From a virus (Duplodnaviria; Heunggongvirae; Uroviricota; Caudoviricetes): 64,000 bases of DNA. A model generated the notes under the pieces. It was not told the DNA's origin. It worked only from the letters and a program-made list of their open reading frames with translations, and did no database searches. Made by a program: the position numbers and the translations under genes. Where the stretch lies: IMG/VR virus record IMGVR_UViG_3300045988_155182; one strand, written 5' to 3'. Position 1 is the stretch's first letter. Each line of letters starts with the position of its first letter. Positions 36,730 through 47,229 of this stretch are shown here, piece after piece.

Positions 36730-39700
36730 ATGTGGTACAGGGAAGGTACTATCACATTTACACAGGGTAGCAATACTCTGGTTGGGGCAGGGACAGCCTG
36801 GAACGTAACAGCTAATGGTGTGTTGCCGGGGATGATCGTCATTGGCCCCGACAATAAGCTGTATGAGATCAAGCGCGTAATAAGCGATACGAATATTGTT
36901 CTCTCAGAACCTTATACCGGCGAAACTCAGTCTGAGGTTCCGTGCCGAATCATTACGACCTATGAAGGCGACTTAACACAGTTTAGCGCGCGCTTTACTG
37001 CGCTAATGTCGCGTATGTCGGCTGATTCCAAGTCCATGCGCAGTTGGTTGACTGCGCTGGATGAGGTGACAATCGAGCGTGAAGACGGTACAGAAGTAAC
37101 CGTTAAGCCGCTAATGCAGATCGTCAACGAGCACAACGAAAACGTTGAGTGGTATAAAAATAACACTGACGCGATTGATGCTGCTGGCGACAAAGCTCGT
37201 GAGGCGGCGGCCAGTGCTGCCGCAGCAGCAGAAAGCGCCAATACCGCTGGAGAAAAAGCCTCTCAAGCGTCTCAAAGTGCATCCGCTGCGGCATCCTCAC
37301 AAAGTGCCGCAAGTGCGAGTGCAACTGCTGCGAAAAAATCTGAAACGAATGCCGCAGCGTCACAACAATCAGCAGCCACTTCTGCATCCACCGCGACCAC
37401 GAAAGCGTCAGAAGCTGCCACCTCAGCCCGGGATGCGGCGGCCTCAAAAGAGGCAGCGAAATCATCAGAAACGAACGCATCCTTGAGCGCCAGTAGCGCA
37501 GCTTCCTCGGCAACGGCGGCAGGAAATTCCGCGAAGGCGGCAAAAACGTCCGAGACGAACGCCAGGTCTTCTGAGACGGCAGCGGGACAGAGCGCCTCAG
37601 CTGCGGCAGGCTCAAAAACAGCGGCTGCGTCGTCTGCCAGTGCCGCGTCAACAAGTGCCGGGCAGGCCTCAGCCAGTGCCACCGCCGCCGGAAAATCGGC
37701 AGAAAGTGCCGCATCGTCTGCTTCAACAGCCACAACGAAGGCTGGCGAAGCCACTGAACAGGCCAGCGCAGCAGCGAGGTCTGCTTCCGCAGCGAAGACA
37801 TCCGAAACGAACGCGAAAGCGTCGGAAACCAGCGCAGAATCCTCAAAAACGGCTGCCGCATCGTCCGCCAGTTCGGCGGCGTCATCGGCATCATCTGCGT
37901 CTGCTTCAAAAGATGAGGCGACCAGACAGGCGTCAGCAGCGAAGGGCAGTGCCACGACGGCATCCACGAAAGCAACAGAGGCGGCAGGCAGTGCGACGGC
38001 AGCATCTCAGAGCAAAACTGCTGCTGAATCCGCTGCGACCCGTGCGGAAGCTGCTGCTGATCGTGCTGAAGAGATTGCCGGTGCAGTTGCGATGGAAGAC
38101 GCAAGCCTTACAACTAAAGGTGTTGTGAAACTTAGCAGTGCTGTTGATAGCACCAGTGAATCGCTGGCCGCAACGCCAAAAGCAGTTAAAGCAGCCAATG
38201 ACAATGCGAATAGCAGGGTGCCATCTAACCGAAAAGTTAACGGAAAAGCACTGACTGCGGATATAACATTAACGCCGAAAGATATTGGTACTTTAAATTC
38301 AGTAACGATGTCTTTCTCTGGCGGGGCTGGGTGGTTCAAACTGGCTACGGTTACCATGCCACAAGCGAGTTCCATCGTTTACATCGCATTGATTGGTGGC
38401 GCTGGTTACAACGTCGGTTCCCCACATCAGGCAGGCATTTCAGAACTGGTTCTACGAGCAGGCAATGGAAACCCCAAAGGAATTACCGGGGCTTTGTGGA
38501 AGCGTACAGCCGTCGGATTAACGAATTTCGCCTGGATCAACACATCCGGCGATACATATGATATTTACGTTGAGATTGGCAATTATGCGACTCGTGTAAA
38601 TATCCATTGGGATTGTACTGCAAATGCGACAGTTTCTATTTATACATCGCCAACATATTCAGCGAGTAAGCCTTCCAGCGTTACCGATGGTGTTGTTTAT
38701 ACGATGTATAGCTCACATCAGAAACCGACGCCGTTAGATATTGGAGCACTGCCAACAACCGGAGGAACAGTTTCAGGTCCGTTGTCTGTTACAGGTGGAT
38801 TAACTGGTTCATTGAATGGTAATGCAAGTACAGCCACGAAATTGCAGACGGCAAGATCTATCGGTGGAGTTGTTTTCGACGGTTCTGCAAATATTAACCT
38901 TCCAGGTGTAAACACTACGGGTAATCAGAACACCACTGGTAATGCTGCAACTGCTACAAAACTTCAGACGGCAAGAACTATCGGCGGCGTGAGCTTTGAT
39001 GGTACTGCGAATATTAATTTGCCAGGTGTTAATACGACTGGTAATCAGAACACAACGGGCAACGCGGCTACTGCTACGAAGTTGCAGACTGCGCGTACTA
39101 TCAATGGGGTGTCGTTTGACGGCTCGGCAAATATTGCCTTGTCGCCAGCAAATATAGGTTGCCCGGCATCTCCTACTGGTTGGCTTGTAACAGGTGATAA
39201 TGGAGCTTCAATAACAACAGAGCAATTAGTGACTCTGCTACGAGATAATGGTGCTTTTAGTGTAAAGGCATGGATAGCGCGTTGTGCCTGGGCGTATGCA
39301 AATAGTGCATCCATACCAGACAGCGAAACAGGATGCGGCATTATTCCACTGGCTGGCGCAGTTATTGAGGTATTTAATAAAGGCAGTAGCTCAAACAATT
39401 ATACGATTCGTATAACAACGGCAACAACGACAGGTGTCTCTGGCGCACTCACTAATGCGGAGTTTGTCTATGTGTTTAATGGGACGACCTATTCACCAGG
39501 ATGGCGCAGAGCGTATAACACTAAAAACAAGCCTACTGCGGCTGATGTCGGAGCTTTACCACTATCTGGAGGGGCGTTAACTGGCGGATTAACTGCTGCT
39601 GGCGAGATAATTTCCAAATCGGCGAATGGTCTGCGCATTGCCTACGGAAACTACGGATTCTTTATCCGAAATGATGGATTGGACACATATTTCATGCTAA

Positions 39701-41181
39701 CAGCATCAGGAGACACATTAGGTTCATGGAACGGTTTGCGACCTATTACAATTAATAATACCAGCGGTTCTGTGTCCATTCGTAATGGACTCAATGTTAC
39801 TGGCGGCATCAATGGTAGTTTGAACGGTAATGCTGCAACTGCAACAAAACTGCAAACAGCACGCACAATAGGCGGAGTGTCATTCGATGGCTCCGCCAAT
39901 ATCAACCTGCCGGGTGTAAACATTGCTGGTAACCAGAACACTACCGGTAATGCAGCGACAGCGACCAAGTTGCAGACAGCATGTACTATCAACGGCGTCT
40001 CGTTTGATGGTTCTAAAGATATTGAACTTAACCCACGGTCTATAGGCACGATCAACTCCACAACAATGTCATTCAGCGGTGGTGCTGGTTGGTTCAAATT
40101 AGCAACGGTAACCATGCCACAGGCGAGTTCTGTTGTTTCAATTACGTTGATTGGTGGCTCGGGATTTAACGTGGGGTCACCTCAACAGGCAGGTATATCT
40201 GAACTTGTTTTGCGTGCAGGTAATGGTAATCCGAAGGGGATTACTGGTGCTTTATGGCAGCGCACATCGACAGGGTTTACAAATTTTGCCTGGGTCAATA
40301 CATCTGGTGATACTTACGATATTTACGTTGCAATCGGAAATTATGCGTGGCGTGTAAATATTCAATGGGATTATACCAGTAATGCCAGCGTGACGATTCA
40401 TACGTCACCAGCATATTCTGCTAATAAGCCGGAAGGGTTAACGGACGGTACAGTTTATTCACTCTATACGCCATCAGAGCAGTTTTATCCGCCTGGCGCA
40501 CCAATCCCGTGGCCATCAGATACCGTTCCGTCTGGTTATGCCCTGATGCAGGGGCAGACTTTTGACAAATCTGCCTACCCGAAACTTGCAGCCGCTTATC
40601 CGTCAGGCGTGATCCCTGATATGCGTGGCTGGACGATTAAGGGCAAACCCGCCAGTGGTCGTGCCGTATTGTCTCAGGAACAGGACGGCATTAAATCGCA
40701 CACCCACAGCGCCAGCGCATCCAGTACGGATTTGGGGACGAAAACCACATCGTCGTTTGATTACGGAACCAAATCCACGAATAACACCGGGGCGCATACC
40801 CATAGTATTAGCGGGACTGCAAATAGTGCAGGTGGGCACCAACACCATAGTTCTGGACCATATGCGAATTCTAATGATGGTGATCTCTTTCCTAACGGTT
40901 ATACCCAGGTTTCAGCCACAAACAAACCAGTTGTACCACGGCAAGGTGGCCAAGGTATGGCCCGTTTATCAGGGAAAACATCATCAGATGGAGCACATAC
41001 CCACTCGTTATCCGGTAGTGCCGCAAGCGCAGGTGCTCACGCACACACTGTTGGTATTGGTGCTCATACGCACTCCGTTGCGATTGGTTCACATGGACAC
41101 ACCATCACCGTTAACGCTGCTGGTAACGCGGAAAACACCGTCAAAAACATCGCATTTAACTATATTGTGAGGCTTGCATGA
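36730..41181 (+). CDS. Side tail fibre protein (Stf-like) with Ala/Ser-rich KTSETNA-type repeats, internal duplications and His-rich C-terminal tip
   Basis: [13 protein letters not shown] repeats; repeated [52 protein letters not shown] units; GAHTHS motifs near the C-terminus. Confidence 0.85.
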   Translation: MWYREGTITFTQGSNTLVGAGTAWNVTANGVLPGMIVIGPDNKLYEIKRVISDTNIVLSEPYTGETQSEVPCRIITTYEGDLTQFSARFTALMSRMSADSKSMRSWLTALDEVTIEREDGTEVTVKPLMQIVNEHNENVEWYKNNTDAIDAAGDKAREAAASAAAAAESANTAGEKASQASQSASAAASSQSAASASATAAKKSETNAAASQQSAATSASTATTKASEAATSARDAAASKEAAKSSETNASLSASSAASSATAAGNSAKAAKTSETNARSSETAAGQSASAAAGSKTAAASSASAASTSAGQASASATAAGKSAESAASSASTATTKAGEATEQASAAARSASAAKTSETNAKASETSAESSKTAAASSASSAASSASSASASKDEATRQASAAKGSATTASTKATEAAGSATAASQSKTAAESAATRAEAAADRAEEIAGAVAMEDASLTTKGVVKLSSAVDSTSESLAATPKAVKAANDNANSRVPSNRKVNGKALTADITLTPKDIGTLNSVTMSFSGGAGWFKLATVTMPQASSIVYIALIGGAGYNVGSPHQAGISELVLRAGNGNPKGITGALWKRTAVGLTNFAWINTSGDTYDIYVEIGNYATRVNIHWDCTANATVSIYTSPTYSASKPSSVTDGVVYTMYSSHQKPTPLDIGALPTTGGTVSGPLSVTGGLTGSLNGNASTATKLQTARSIGGVVFDGSANINLPGVNTTGNQNTTGNAATATKLQTARTIGGVSFDGTANINLPGVNTTGNQNTTGNAATATKLQTARTINGVSFDGSANIALSPANIGCPASPTGWLVTGDNGASITTEQLVTLLRDNGAFSVKAWIARCAWAYANSASIPDSETGCGIIPLAGAVIEVFNKGSSSNNYTIRITTATTTGVSGALTNAEFVYVFNGTTYSPGWRRAYNTKNKPTAADVGALPLSGGALTGGLTAAGEIISKSANGLRIAYGNYGFFIRNDGLDTYFMLTASGDTLGSWNGLRPITINNTSGSVSIRNGLNVTGGINGSLNGNAATATKLQTARTIGGVSFDGSANINLPGVNIAGNQNTTGNAATATKLQTACTINGVSFDGSKDIELNPRSIGTINSTTMSFSGGAGWFKLATVTMPQASSVVSITLIGGSGFNVGSPQQAGISELVLRAGNGNPKGITGALWQRTSTGFTNFAWVNTSGDTYDIYVAIGNYAWRVNIQWDYTSNASVTIHTSPAYSANKPEGLTDGTVYSLYTPSEQFYPPGAPIPWPSDTVPSGYALMQGQTFDKSAYPKLAAAYPSGVIPDMRGWTIKGKPASGRAVLSQEQDGIKSHTHSASASSTDLGTKTTSSFDYGTKSTNNTGAHTHSISGTANSAGGHQHHSSGPYANSNDGDLFPNGYTQVSATNKPVVPRQGGQGMARLSGKTSSDGAHTHSLSGSAASAGAHAHTVGIGAHTHSVAIGSHGHTITVNAAGNAENTVKNIAFNYIVRLA

Positions 41182-41978
41182 TTACGCTCATTCTTTCTGC
41201 ACCAGTAACAGAAATGGCTGAAGCATTTAAGCGGGTATTTGCAAACGCAGATAATGTGAATATTGTCGGAAAGCCATTTGAAACAATCAGAGAATTTGAC
41301 TGCATGGTAAGTGCGGCAAATAGTTTCGGCCTGATGGATGGCGGCGTTGATGCCGCCATTACCGCATTCTTCGGTACTCAGTTACAGTCCCGCGTTCAGA
41401 ATCATATTCTTCGTGAATATCTAGGCGAGCAGCCTGTAGGTTCTGCATTTGTTATTGAAACGGGGCATAATCATCACCCCTGGCTGGTACATGCGCCAAC
41501 AATGCGTGTTCCGCTGACAATTGACGGAACAGACTCTGTATATAACGCAACCTGGGCCGCTTTACTTGCCATCTTTCAGCACAATAAAAACGCAACGACA
41601 GACAGGAAAATAAAGACGGTGGTATTCCCTGCAATGGGGGCCGGATGTGGTCAGGTTCCGTTTGAAAGCGTTGCCCGGCAGATGAAGCAGGCGTGGGATA
41701 ACTTTAATAAAAAAACAGAAGCAATTAACTGGGAATATGCACAATCTCGCCAGTCGGCAGTATTTAGCACATATGCATACTGTCCAGGTAATTCTGTTTG
41801 CCGTTATGCGGATACTAAATATATTGGCTGTGGCGATTCCCGGACGTATTGCTCACGTTCAGGGCAGATCTGTATTAACCCTGAACATCAGGCTGATGAT
41901 GTACTGATACAACATCAGGCTAATAACCGGTTTCGCCCTGGTTCGCATATACACCGGATTAATCCGGAAAATACCTGA
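41178..41978 (+). CDS. Macro-domain protein (ADP-ribose binding/hydrolase fold) with Cys-rich C-terminal tail
   Basis: [18 protein letters not shown] and [22 protein letters not shown] correspond to the two macro-domain signature segments (NAAN..L.GGGGV..AI and FP.ISTGIYG.P). Confidence 0.7.
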   Translation: MITLILSAPVTEMAEAFKRVFANADNVNIVGKPFETIREFDCMVSAANSFGLMDGGVDAAITAFFGTQLQSRVQNHILREYLGEQPVGSAFVIETGHNHHPWLVHAPTMRVPLTIDGTDSVYNATWAALLAIFQHNKNATTDRKIKTVVFPAMGAGCGQVPFESVARQMKQAWDNFNKKTEAINWEYAQSRQSAVFSTYAYCPGNSVCRYADTKYIGCGDSRTYCSRSGQICINPEHQADDVLIQHQANNRFRPGSHIHRINPENT

Positions 41979-42082
41979 GGCAATATCGCCACTGGCGCAT
42001 ATAATCACGGAAGGGGCATCACTGTTGGTGCTCACACCCATACACTCAATAAACAACATACTGTCTTTGATATTAAGTAGAG

Positions 42083-42670
42083 GTGAACATGGACTTCACA
42101 ATGAGTGAACAACCACGGACCATAAAAATTTATAATCTGTTGGCCGGAACCAATGAATTTATTGGTGAAGGTGATGCATATATTCCACCTCATACGGGGC
42201 TGCCAGCTTATTCTACGGATATAGCGCCACCGGATGTACCTGCTGGCTTCGTGGCCGTATTCAACAGCGAAAATAAATCATGGAGTCTCGTTGAAGACCA
42301 CAGGGGTAAAACGGTCTATGACGTGGAATCAGGGGACGCGTTGTTTATTTCTGAACTTGGGCCATTACCGGAAAATGTCACCTGGTTATCACCGGATGGG
42401 GAATATCAGAAGTGGGACGGCACATCCTGGGAGAAGGATGAGGAAACAGAAAAATTGTTTCAGGTACGGGAAGCGGAAGAAACAAAAAAAAGTCTGATGC
42501 AGGTAGCCAGCGAGCACATTGCGCCACTTCAGGATGCTGTAGATTTGGAGATTGCAACGGAGGAAGAAGCATCGTTGCTGACTGCATGGAAGAAGTATAG
42601 AGTTTTATTGAACCGCATTGACACATCAACGGCACCGGATATTGACTGGCCAACAATACCAGCAGAGTAA
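42083..42670 (+). CDS. Tail fibre assembly protein (Tfa)
   Basis: Size and C-terminal W.KYR.LLNRID....DWP..P pattern typical of lambda-type Tfa. Confidence 0.75.
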   Translation: MNMDFTMSEQPRTIKIYNLLAGTNEFIGEGDAYIPPHTGLPAYSTDIAPPDVPAGFVAVFNSENKSWSLVEDHRGKTVYDVESGDALFISELGPLPENVTWLSPDGEYQKWDGTSWEKDEETEKLFQVREAEETKKSLMQVASEHIAPLQDAVDLEIATEEEASLLTAWKKYRVLLNRIDTSTAPDIDWPTIPAE

Positions 42671-42718
42671 GGGGCAGATTATATCTGCATTATTAACAAC
42701 GATTAGTTTGCAAGATAT

Positions 42719-42742
42719 ATAGTAGGTAAGTACATACCTACT
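42719..42742. repeat. TAGTAGGTAAGTACATACCTACTA palindrome
   Basis: Seen directly. Confidence 0.5.
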
Positions 42743-42791
42743 ACAAATGGTTAAAATATGATATAAACACGCCATCCCGATTTGACTTTTC

Positions 42792-43127
42792 ATGGAGGAA
42801 AACATGTCGAACGAGATGGCGGGAGTCACAACTGAACAGGTTGAGCGCATCGCCTCAATCGTTGCTCGGGAAGTCGTAGGCAAATTAGGTAAAGAAATAC
42901 GCGAGGAAATTGGCCAGGAGGTCAACGACCAGCTCAAAACCTACTTTGGCGATATGACGCCTTCGCAACACAGCATTCAGCACTCCAACCTGGACAAACT
43001 ACTTAATCGGCTAGACGCCATCTCCAGCGGGTTCTTTGGCGGCATTATCTCAAAGATAACGTCGTTCCTGATTACCGCGCTGCTGCTGGGTCTGGCCGCT
43101 TATGGCGTGAAGAATGGACTGCAATAA
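42792..43127 (+). CDS. Membrane protein with single C-terminal TM, possible holin
   Basis: First gene of the apparent lysis cassette; hydrophobic ITSFLITALLLGLAAYGV. Confidence 0.35.
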   Translation: MEENMSNEMAGVTTEQVERIASIVAREVVGKLGKEIREEIGQEVNDQLKTYFGDMTPSQHSIQHSNLDKLLNRLDAISSGFFGGIISKITSFLITALLLGLAAYGVKNGLQ

Positions 43128-43140
43128 CAGGAGATCAAGG

Positions 43141-43833
43141 ATGAAAACTCCGAGAGGCATTCGTAATAACAACCCTGGCAACCTCGACAAAGGTTCGCCG
43201 TGGCAGGGGCTAATCGACAACCCTGCCGAACCGCGCTTTTGCACGTTTAAAGACCCTGTTTGGGGGATTCGTGCGCTGGCGGTGACTCTAATTACCTACC
43301 ACGATAAACGTCGCGCAAAAGACGGCACAAGTATCGATACCATTCGTGAAGTTATTGAACGCTGGGCACCGCCGAATGAAAACAATACTGACGCCTACAT
43401 TAATGAGGTGTCTAAAGCCGTTGGTGTAACCGCAGACATGATCATCGATCTGCATGATTACGACATCCTTCGACCTTTGGTTGAGGCAATCATTCGCCAT
43501 GAGAATGGGCGAGGTCCGCTAAAAACGCTGAACACCTGGTATGCGGCAGAAGTTATTGAGGAAGGTCTGCGTCGAGCTGGCGTCGTTAAGCCGGTGAAAA
43601 CCGTGAAGGCTGTTCCTGTAACTAAAGAAACCGCAGGCGCAACTGTCACAGCAGGTATTGGTCTGGCGCAGCTGGCCGATGTTATGCCGCAGGTTTCCGC
43701 TGCTATGGATAAAGCACAAGGTCATATCTCTAGCGGGGATACAGTACGCATCATCTTCGGCATTGCCACTATTTTTGTGGCCGGATTCATTGCCTGGTCG
43801 CAGGTAAGAAGACACCAGAAAGGGATGGTCTAA
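43141..43833 (+). CDS. Putative endolysin/cell-wall hydrolase (family not recognised) with C-terminal TM segment
   Basis: ORF track 43114..43833; ATG at 43141 behind AGGAG; position directly upstream of the spanin pair. Confidence 0.4.
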   Translation: MKTPRGIRNNNPGNLDKGSPWQGLIDNPAEPRFCTFKDPVWGIRALAVTLITYHDKRRAKDGTSIDTIREVIERWAPPNENNTDAYINEVSKAVGVTADMIIDLHDYDILRPLVEAIIRHENGRGPLKTLNTWYAAEVIEEGLRRAGVVKPVKTVKAVPVTKETAGATVTAGIGLAQLADVMPQVSAAMDKAQGHISSGDTVRIIFGIATIFVAGFIAWSQVRRHQKGMV

Positions 43834-43834
43834 T

Positions 43835-44086
43835 ATGCTAGGCAGCCTGATGACAAAGCTAAAAGTTGCTTTGATTACGCTGGCTGCCGTTCTTTTCGTT
43901 CTGGTCGGCGCTTACACGATGGGCGGAAATGCGGCGCGACGAGCAATGGAAGAGAAGGCAAAACAGGAAGACAGGAAACGACTTCAAAACACAGTGAAAG
44001 TGGTGAATGAGACGAGCAGTAAAATACGTCAGAAAGATGCTTCTGCCGTTCATCGTGAGTTGTATGATAAGTGGGTGCGTCATTAA
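43835..44086 (+). CDS. i-spanin (Rz-like): N-terminal TM plus charged coiled-coil
   Basis: LKVALITLAAVLFVLVGAY TM followed by K/E/R-rich segment. Confidence 0.6.
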   Translation: MLGSLMTKLKVALITLAAVLFVLVGAYTMGGNAARRAMEEKAKQEDRKRLQNTVKVVNETSSKIRQKDASAVHRELYDKWVRH

Positions 44087-44222
44087 ACCACAAACCACCA
44101 GCGTGTTGTTCTGCGATGGGGCTGAGCCTATCTATATCAGCAATAATGATGTAATGACTGAAGAAACCGAACGCCAAATCCTTTTTCACAATACGATGGG
44201 AGAGAGGGTTTGTGGTTGGTGA
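44007..44222 (+). CDS. o-spanin (Rz1-like lipoprotein) overlapping the 3' end of the i-spanin gene in another frame
   Basis: Signal peptide with lipobox ISGC; classic overlapped Rz/Rz1 arrangement. Confidence 0.55.
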   Translation: MRRAVKYVRKMLLPFIVSCMISGCVIKPQTTSVLFCDGAEPIYISNNDVMTEETERQILFHNTMGERVCGW

Positions 44223-44254
44223 TGTCGAAGTTCCCCTCAAATGAGGGGAACACA

Positions 44255-44776
44255 TTATTCTTCGAACAATTTTTCGATAGATTTTGTAGGATAGAACAAA
44301 GAACGCTCGTTGTTACCAACCAGCTGGATAAAGCCTAAACTTTTATAAAACGCCTTGGCTTTGTCATTTAACGCCTCAACGAAAAGTCCATGAATGCCTA
44401 CAGCAAGAGATGCATTGTACACAACGCGCATTGCATGTGTTACAAGCATTGAGCCAAATCCTTGACCTTGAAGGGACTTGTCCAAAGCCAGCCTACCCAA
44501 AGTAACACTTGGAACATTCCGATAAGGAACCTTCTTTTGTTTGCTTCTTGAAGGTAAGGACTCCTTTTCAAAACAACTACCTGACAAAGTGTAATATCCT
44601 AACACTTTTGGCCTTTCTTCTTGAGTGCAAAGCACATAAGCACGAAGAATTTTTCCCTCATGCTGCCTTTTTAAGTGGTTGGCTAAAAAGGCGTTTAGTG
44701 ACTCTTCGCCGCAATCAAAACCGTTTAGATCATAATCTTTCTCTCCAGAGAAAATCTCTATCGTTGTATTGCTCAC
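44255..44776 (-). CDS. GNAT-family acetyltransferase toxin (TacT/AtaT/KacT-like)
   Basis: GNAT motif RLALDKSLQGQGFG; about 170 aa; paired with upstream RHH gene. Confidence 0.75.
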   Translation of the reverse strand: MSNTTIEIFSGEKDYDLNGFDCGEESLNAFLANHLKRQHEGKILRAYVLCTQEERPKVLGYYTLSGSCFEKESLPSRSKQKKVPYRNVPSVTLGRLALDKSLQGQGFGSMLVTHAMRVVYNASLAVGIHGLFVEALNDKAKAFYKSLGFIQLVGNNERSLFYPTKSIEKLFEE

Positions 44777-44783
44777 GAGTAAA

Positions 44784-45053
44784 CTACTCCATGCTTTTCA
44801 GACGATCAGCAGCTCGTTTCAGCTTGTCGTTCGGTGCCGGAGGATTGCTTATAGCGTCCATAACCAGATTCCAGGATTCTTCATTCAGAACTAGTCTACG
44901 GTGTTGCTCTATAACTTTCACGGCACGTTCAGATGCACTGCTAACCATAAACTGAGTAATGCTCTGGTTAGACATTGCGGCAGCTTCCTCGATGATGCTT
45001 TTATCGTCATCGGTTAATCTCAAATCGATGCGCTGCTTTTTTAGTGCTGACAT
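44784..45053 (-). CDS. RHH antitoxin (TacA/DUF1778-like) of the GNAT toxin
   Basis: ORF track 44784..45092; small protein immediately upstream of and co-directional with the GNAT gene. Confidence 0.7.
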   Translation of the reverse strand: MSALKKQRIDLRLTDDDKSIIEEAAAMSNQSITQFMVSSASERAVKVIEQHRRLVLNEESWNLVMDAISNPPAPNDKLKRAADRLKSME

Positions 45054-45319
45054 GTATTCCTCCTGATGGCCGTGATGTAGGAAGGCCATCAATCTCCTCT
45101 GTTCAAACTGAGTTTTCGACTCAAAAATTACTTTAAAAGGCTATAGCCCATTACGTGTGCATTATCAAATTGTGTACGGCATAACACCGTACTTGTAATA
45201 TAGAGGTCATTGTTACTTTTTTCAACAGACAAATACAAGCTATGATTGCCAATTGTTAATCACAACCTACCATTTAACCTTTACACCGCAGCCGTAGGCA
45301 TTTAGGCTATATCACATAT

Positions 45320-45337
45320 AAGAAAACAAGTTGTTTC
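45320..45337 (+). promoter_or_regulatory. Early operator palindrome (agaaaacaagttgtttc) upstream of parA
   Basis: Motif family member. Confidence 0.45.
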
Positions 45338-45371
45338 AGACGATAATTATATACGCAAAGGGAACTCTCCA

Positions 45372-46040
45372 ATGACCAAGATCTTTGTGGTTGGCGGCAC
45401 AAAGGGCGGGCCTGGCAAATCCACCGTTGCCCAGCAAATTGCCGTTTGCCTGAAAGTCAAAAAGAAGAAGAAGGTTTATATTACCGATATAGATATTCAG
45501 CGCACGACAACGAGCTGGTGTGAAGACCGTCGACAGAACGAAGACCTTGAGCTGATTCCTTTTGCATACGTTCAGGATGACATCATTAAGCACCTAAAAT
45601 CGCTTCAGGGTAGAGCTGAGTTTGTAGTGGTAGATGCTGGTGGCTTCGACTCCGAAATTCAGCGACAAGCGATGCTGATGGCCGACGTTATCATTATCCC
45701 GCTTCGTCCTAAGCGTCGTGATTTGAAATCTCTGCGTGATATCGATCCTATTATCGACAATGTTCGTAATGTAAACGATAAAGTGAAGGTCCGCGCGGTC
45801 ATGAACCAGTGTCCGGCTTTGCCATCACAAGTGTCTCGCATTCTGGCGGCTAAAGAGATTGTTGAGACGTTTGGCATCGAGTCTGCGCCAGTCAATCTAT
45901 ATAACCGCAACGTCTATGATGATGCGGAAGAGTCTGGTCGTTCTATCTTTGAAATGACCGGTAGCGAGCGCGACAAAAAGGCGGAAGCCGAGTTTGAAGA
46001 ATTTGTAGATTATCTGTTGAGTCTGGAGGAAAAAGAATAA
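45372..46040 (+). CDS. parA: ParA partition ATPase (deviant Walker A)
   Basis: VVGGTKGGPGKST deviant Walker A typical of ParA/MinD/Soj. Confidence 0.8.
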   Translation: MTKIFVVGGTKGGPGKSTVAQQIAVCLKVKKKKKVYITDIDIQRTTTSWCEDRRQNEDLELIPFAYVQDDIIKHLKSLQGRAEFVVVDAGGFDSEIQRQAMLMADVIIIPLRPKRRDLKSLRDIDPIIDNVRNVNDKVKVRAVMNQCPALPSQVSRILAAKEIVETFGIESAPVNLYNRNVYDDAEESGRSIFEMTGSERDKKAEAEFEEFVDYLLSLEEKE

Positions 46041-46399
46041 TGTCCATGAAAATGGGTGACCTAGCAAAGCGCAAAGAGCCTGATGCACCGGCTAAGAACA
46101 CAACTCCTTTGCGCCAACCAGTCAGACCACAGGGACGCCCGACTCGTGGCAAAGAGAAAATTAAAAGCCGCACAATGTCACTGGAGGACGAATACTTCGA
46201 ACTGCTGGAGATGATGAAGTTCATCCCTCGCTTCGAGAAGTTCACTCGTTCTGACGTGATTCGTGCTGCTATTTTCCATCTTGCGGAGAAGACACCGCAG
46301 GAAATCGAGGACATCGTGAAACTTAACGAGGCGATCACCGCTGCCGATGTCACGATGCGTACCGATGAAATCAAACGCGAGTTGATGAAGAAAGGTTAA
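46040..46399 (+). CDS. Small partition partner, ParG/RHH-type centromere-binding protein (putative)
   Basis: ATGA overlap with parA; basic N-terminus and RHH-like C-terminus. Confidence 0.5.
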   Translation: MSMKMGDLAKRKEPDAPAKNTTPLRQPVRPQGRPTRGKEKIKSRTMSLEDEYFELLEMMKFIPRFEKFTRSDVIRAAIFHLAEKTPQEIEDIVKLNEAITAADVTMRTDEIKRELMKKG

Positions 46400-46406
46400 T
46401 TTTATT

Positions 46407-46432
46407 GAGGTGCTGCTTGGCACCTCTTTCTA
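46407..46432 (+). terminator. Rho-independent terminator after the partition operon (gaggtgc-loop-gcacctc + TTTCT)
   Basis: Seen directly. Confidence 0.5.
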
Positions 46433-46443
46433 TAGGTTCCCTA

Positions 46444-47163
46444 ATGCTCTACAAATATATTGGAAGTGAAGATTCGCAAAAAGTGTTACGTAACCTCAAA
46501 CGGTTTGTAGAGGACGGCACTATCTCTGCTAGCGCACCTTCTTCATTCAACGACCCATCAGAGTTCAAAGTTTCGATAACGATGGGAGGTACAGAAGTGG
46601 AGCGCCGGAAACACTTTGAAGACAATGGATGTAAGGATTTTTCCTTTGAAGACTGGGATGCTGTAGCTCCTGAAGCTGCAAAATCGTTGGCTGTGGATTT
46701 GCGGAAAGAATCATTAGGGGCTTTTGGTGTGGTGTGCTTGTCACCAAACGAAGATAACATCTTGATGTGGTCACATTACTCAGTGTCGCATAAAGGTTTC
46801 TGCATAGGCTTTGATGATGATTTTGTTACCTCTATTGAGGGGTATCACAGCTTTGATAATGTGAAATATATACCTTCTGTTCCCGTGTTCGATGAAGTTA
46901 CAGATGAGTTTAAGGTACTTTTTGATAAGCTCTTTTTCTACAAGCACGAATGCTGGAAATATGAGGAAGAACAAAGGGTTATTACTAAAAAAATAGGCGC
47001 TCAGGCATTTGATAAGAAATATATTAGAGAGATCATTCTTGGACATAACGTTTCTCCTGAAGTAGAAGAATATGCCCGGACACAGCTAGACACGAGCATC
47101 GAGGTTTACAAAATGAGTACACCTGATGATGGTTATCTTCTTGTCAAAGAAAAGCTGAAGTAG
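46444..47163 (+). CDS. Hypothetical protein, DUF2971-like (uncertain), AT-rich
   Basis: ORF track 46405..47163; starts MLYKY, has MWSHYS and GFCIGF segments that I associate with DUF2971 from memory; follows a terminator. Confidence 0.45.
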   Translation: MLYKYIGSEDSQKVLRNLKRFVEDGTISASAPSSFNDPSEFKVSITMGGTEVERRKHFEDNGCKDFSFEDWDAVAPEAAKSLAVDLRKESLGAFGVVCLSPNEDNILMWSHYSVSHKGFCIGFDDDFVTSIEGYHSFDNVKYIPSVPVFDEVTDEFKVLFDKLFFYKHECWKYEEEQRVITKKIGAQAFDKKYIREIILGHNVSPEVEEYARTQLDTSIEVYKMSTPDDGYLLVKEKLK

Positions 47164-47229
47164 CTCCAGACTTTCCTCAAATGATTATGTTGGGCGCTTT
47201 TCTTATTGAACTGGTTAGTGAGGCTAATA

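Noticed and set aside
36960-38375. Long antisense ORFs across the Ala/Ser-rich repeat region of the side tail fibre (37124..38104 -, 37272..37967 -, 37640..38128 +)
   Set aside because: Repeat-rich GCN-codon sequence is open in several frames; products are low-complexity; the plus-strand fibre gene explains the region.
41976-42080. Translational readthrough or selenocysteine recoding at the TGA ending the macro-domain ORF
   Set aside because: No SECIS-like element recognised and no reason to expect recoding; the downstream in-frame peptide is more simply a vestige of a displaced tail-fibre 3' end.
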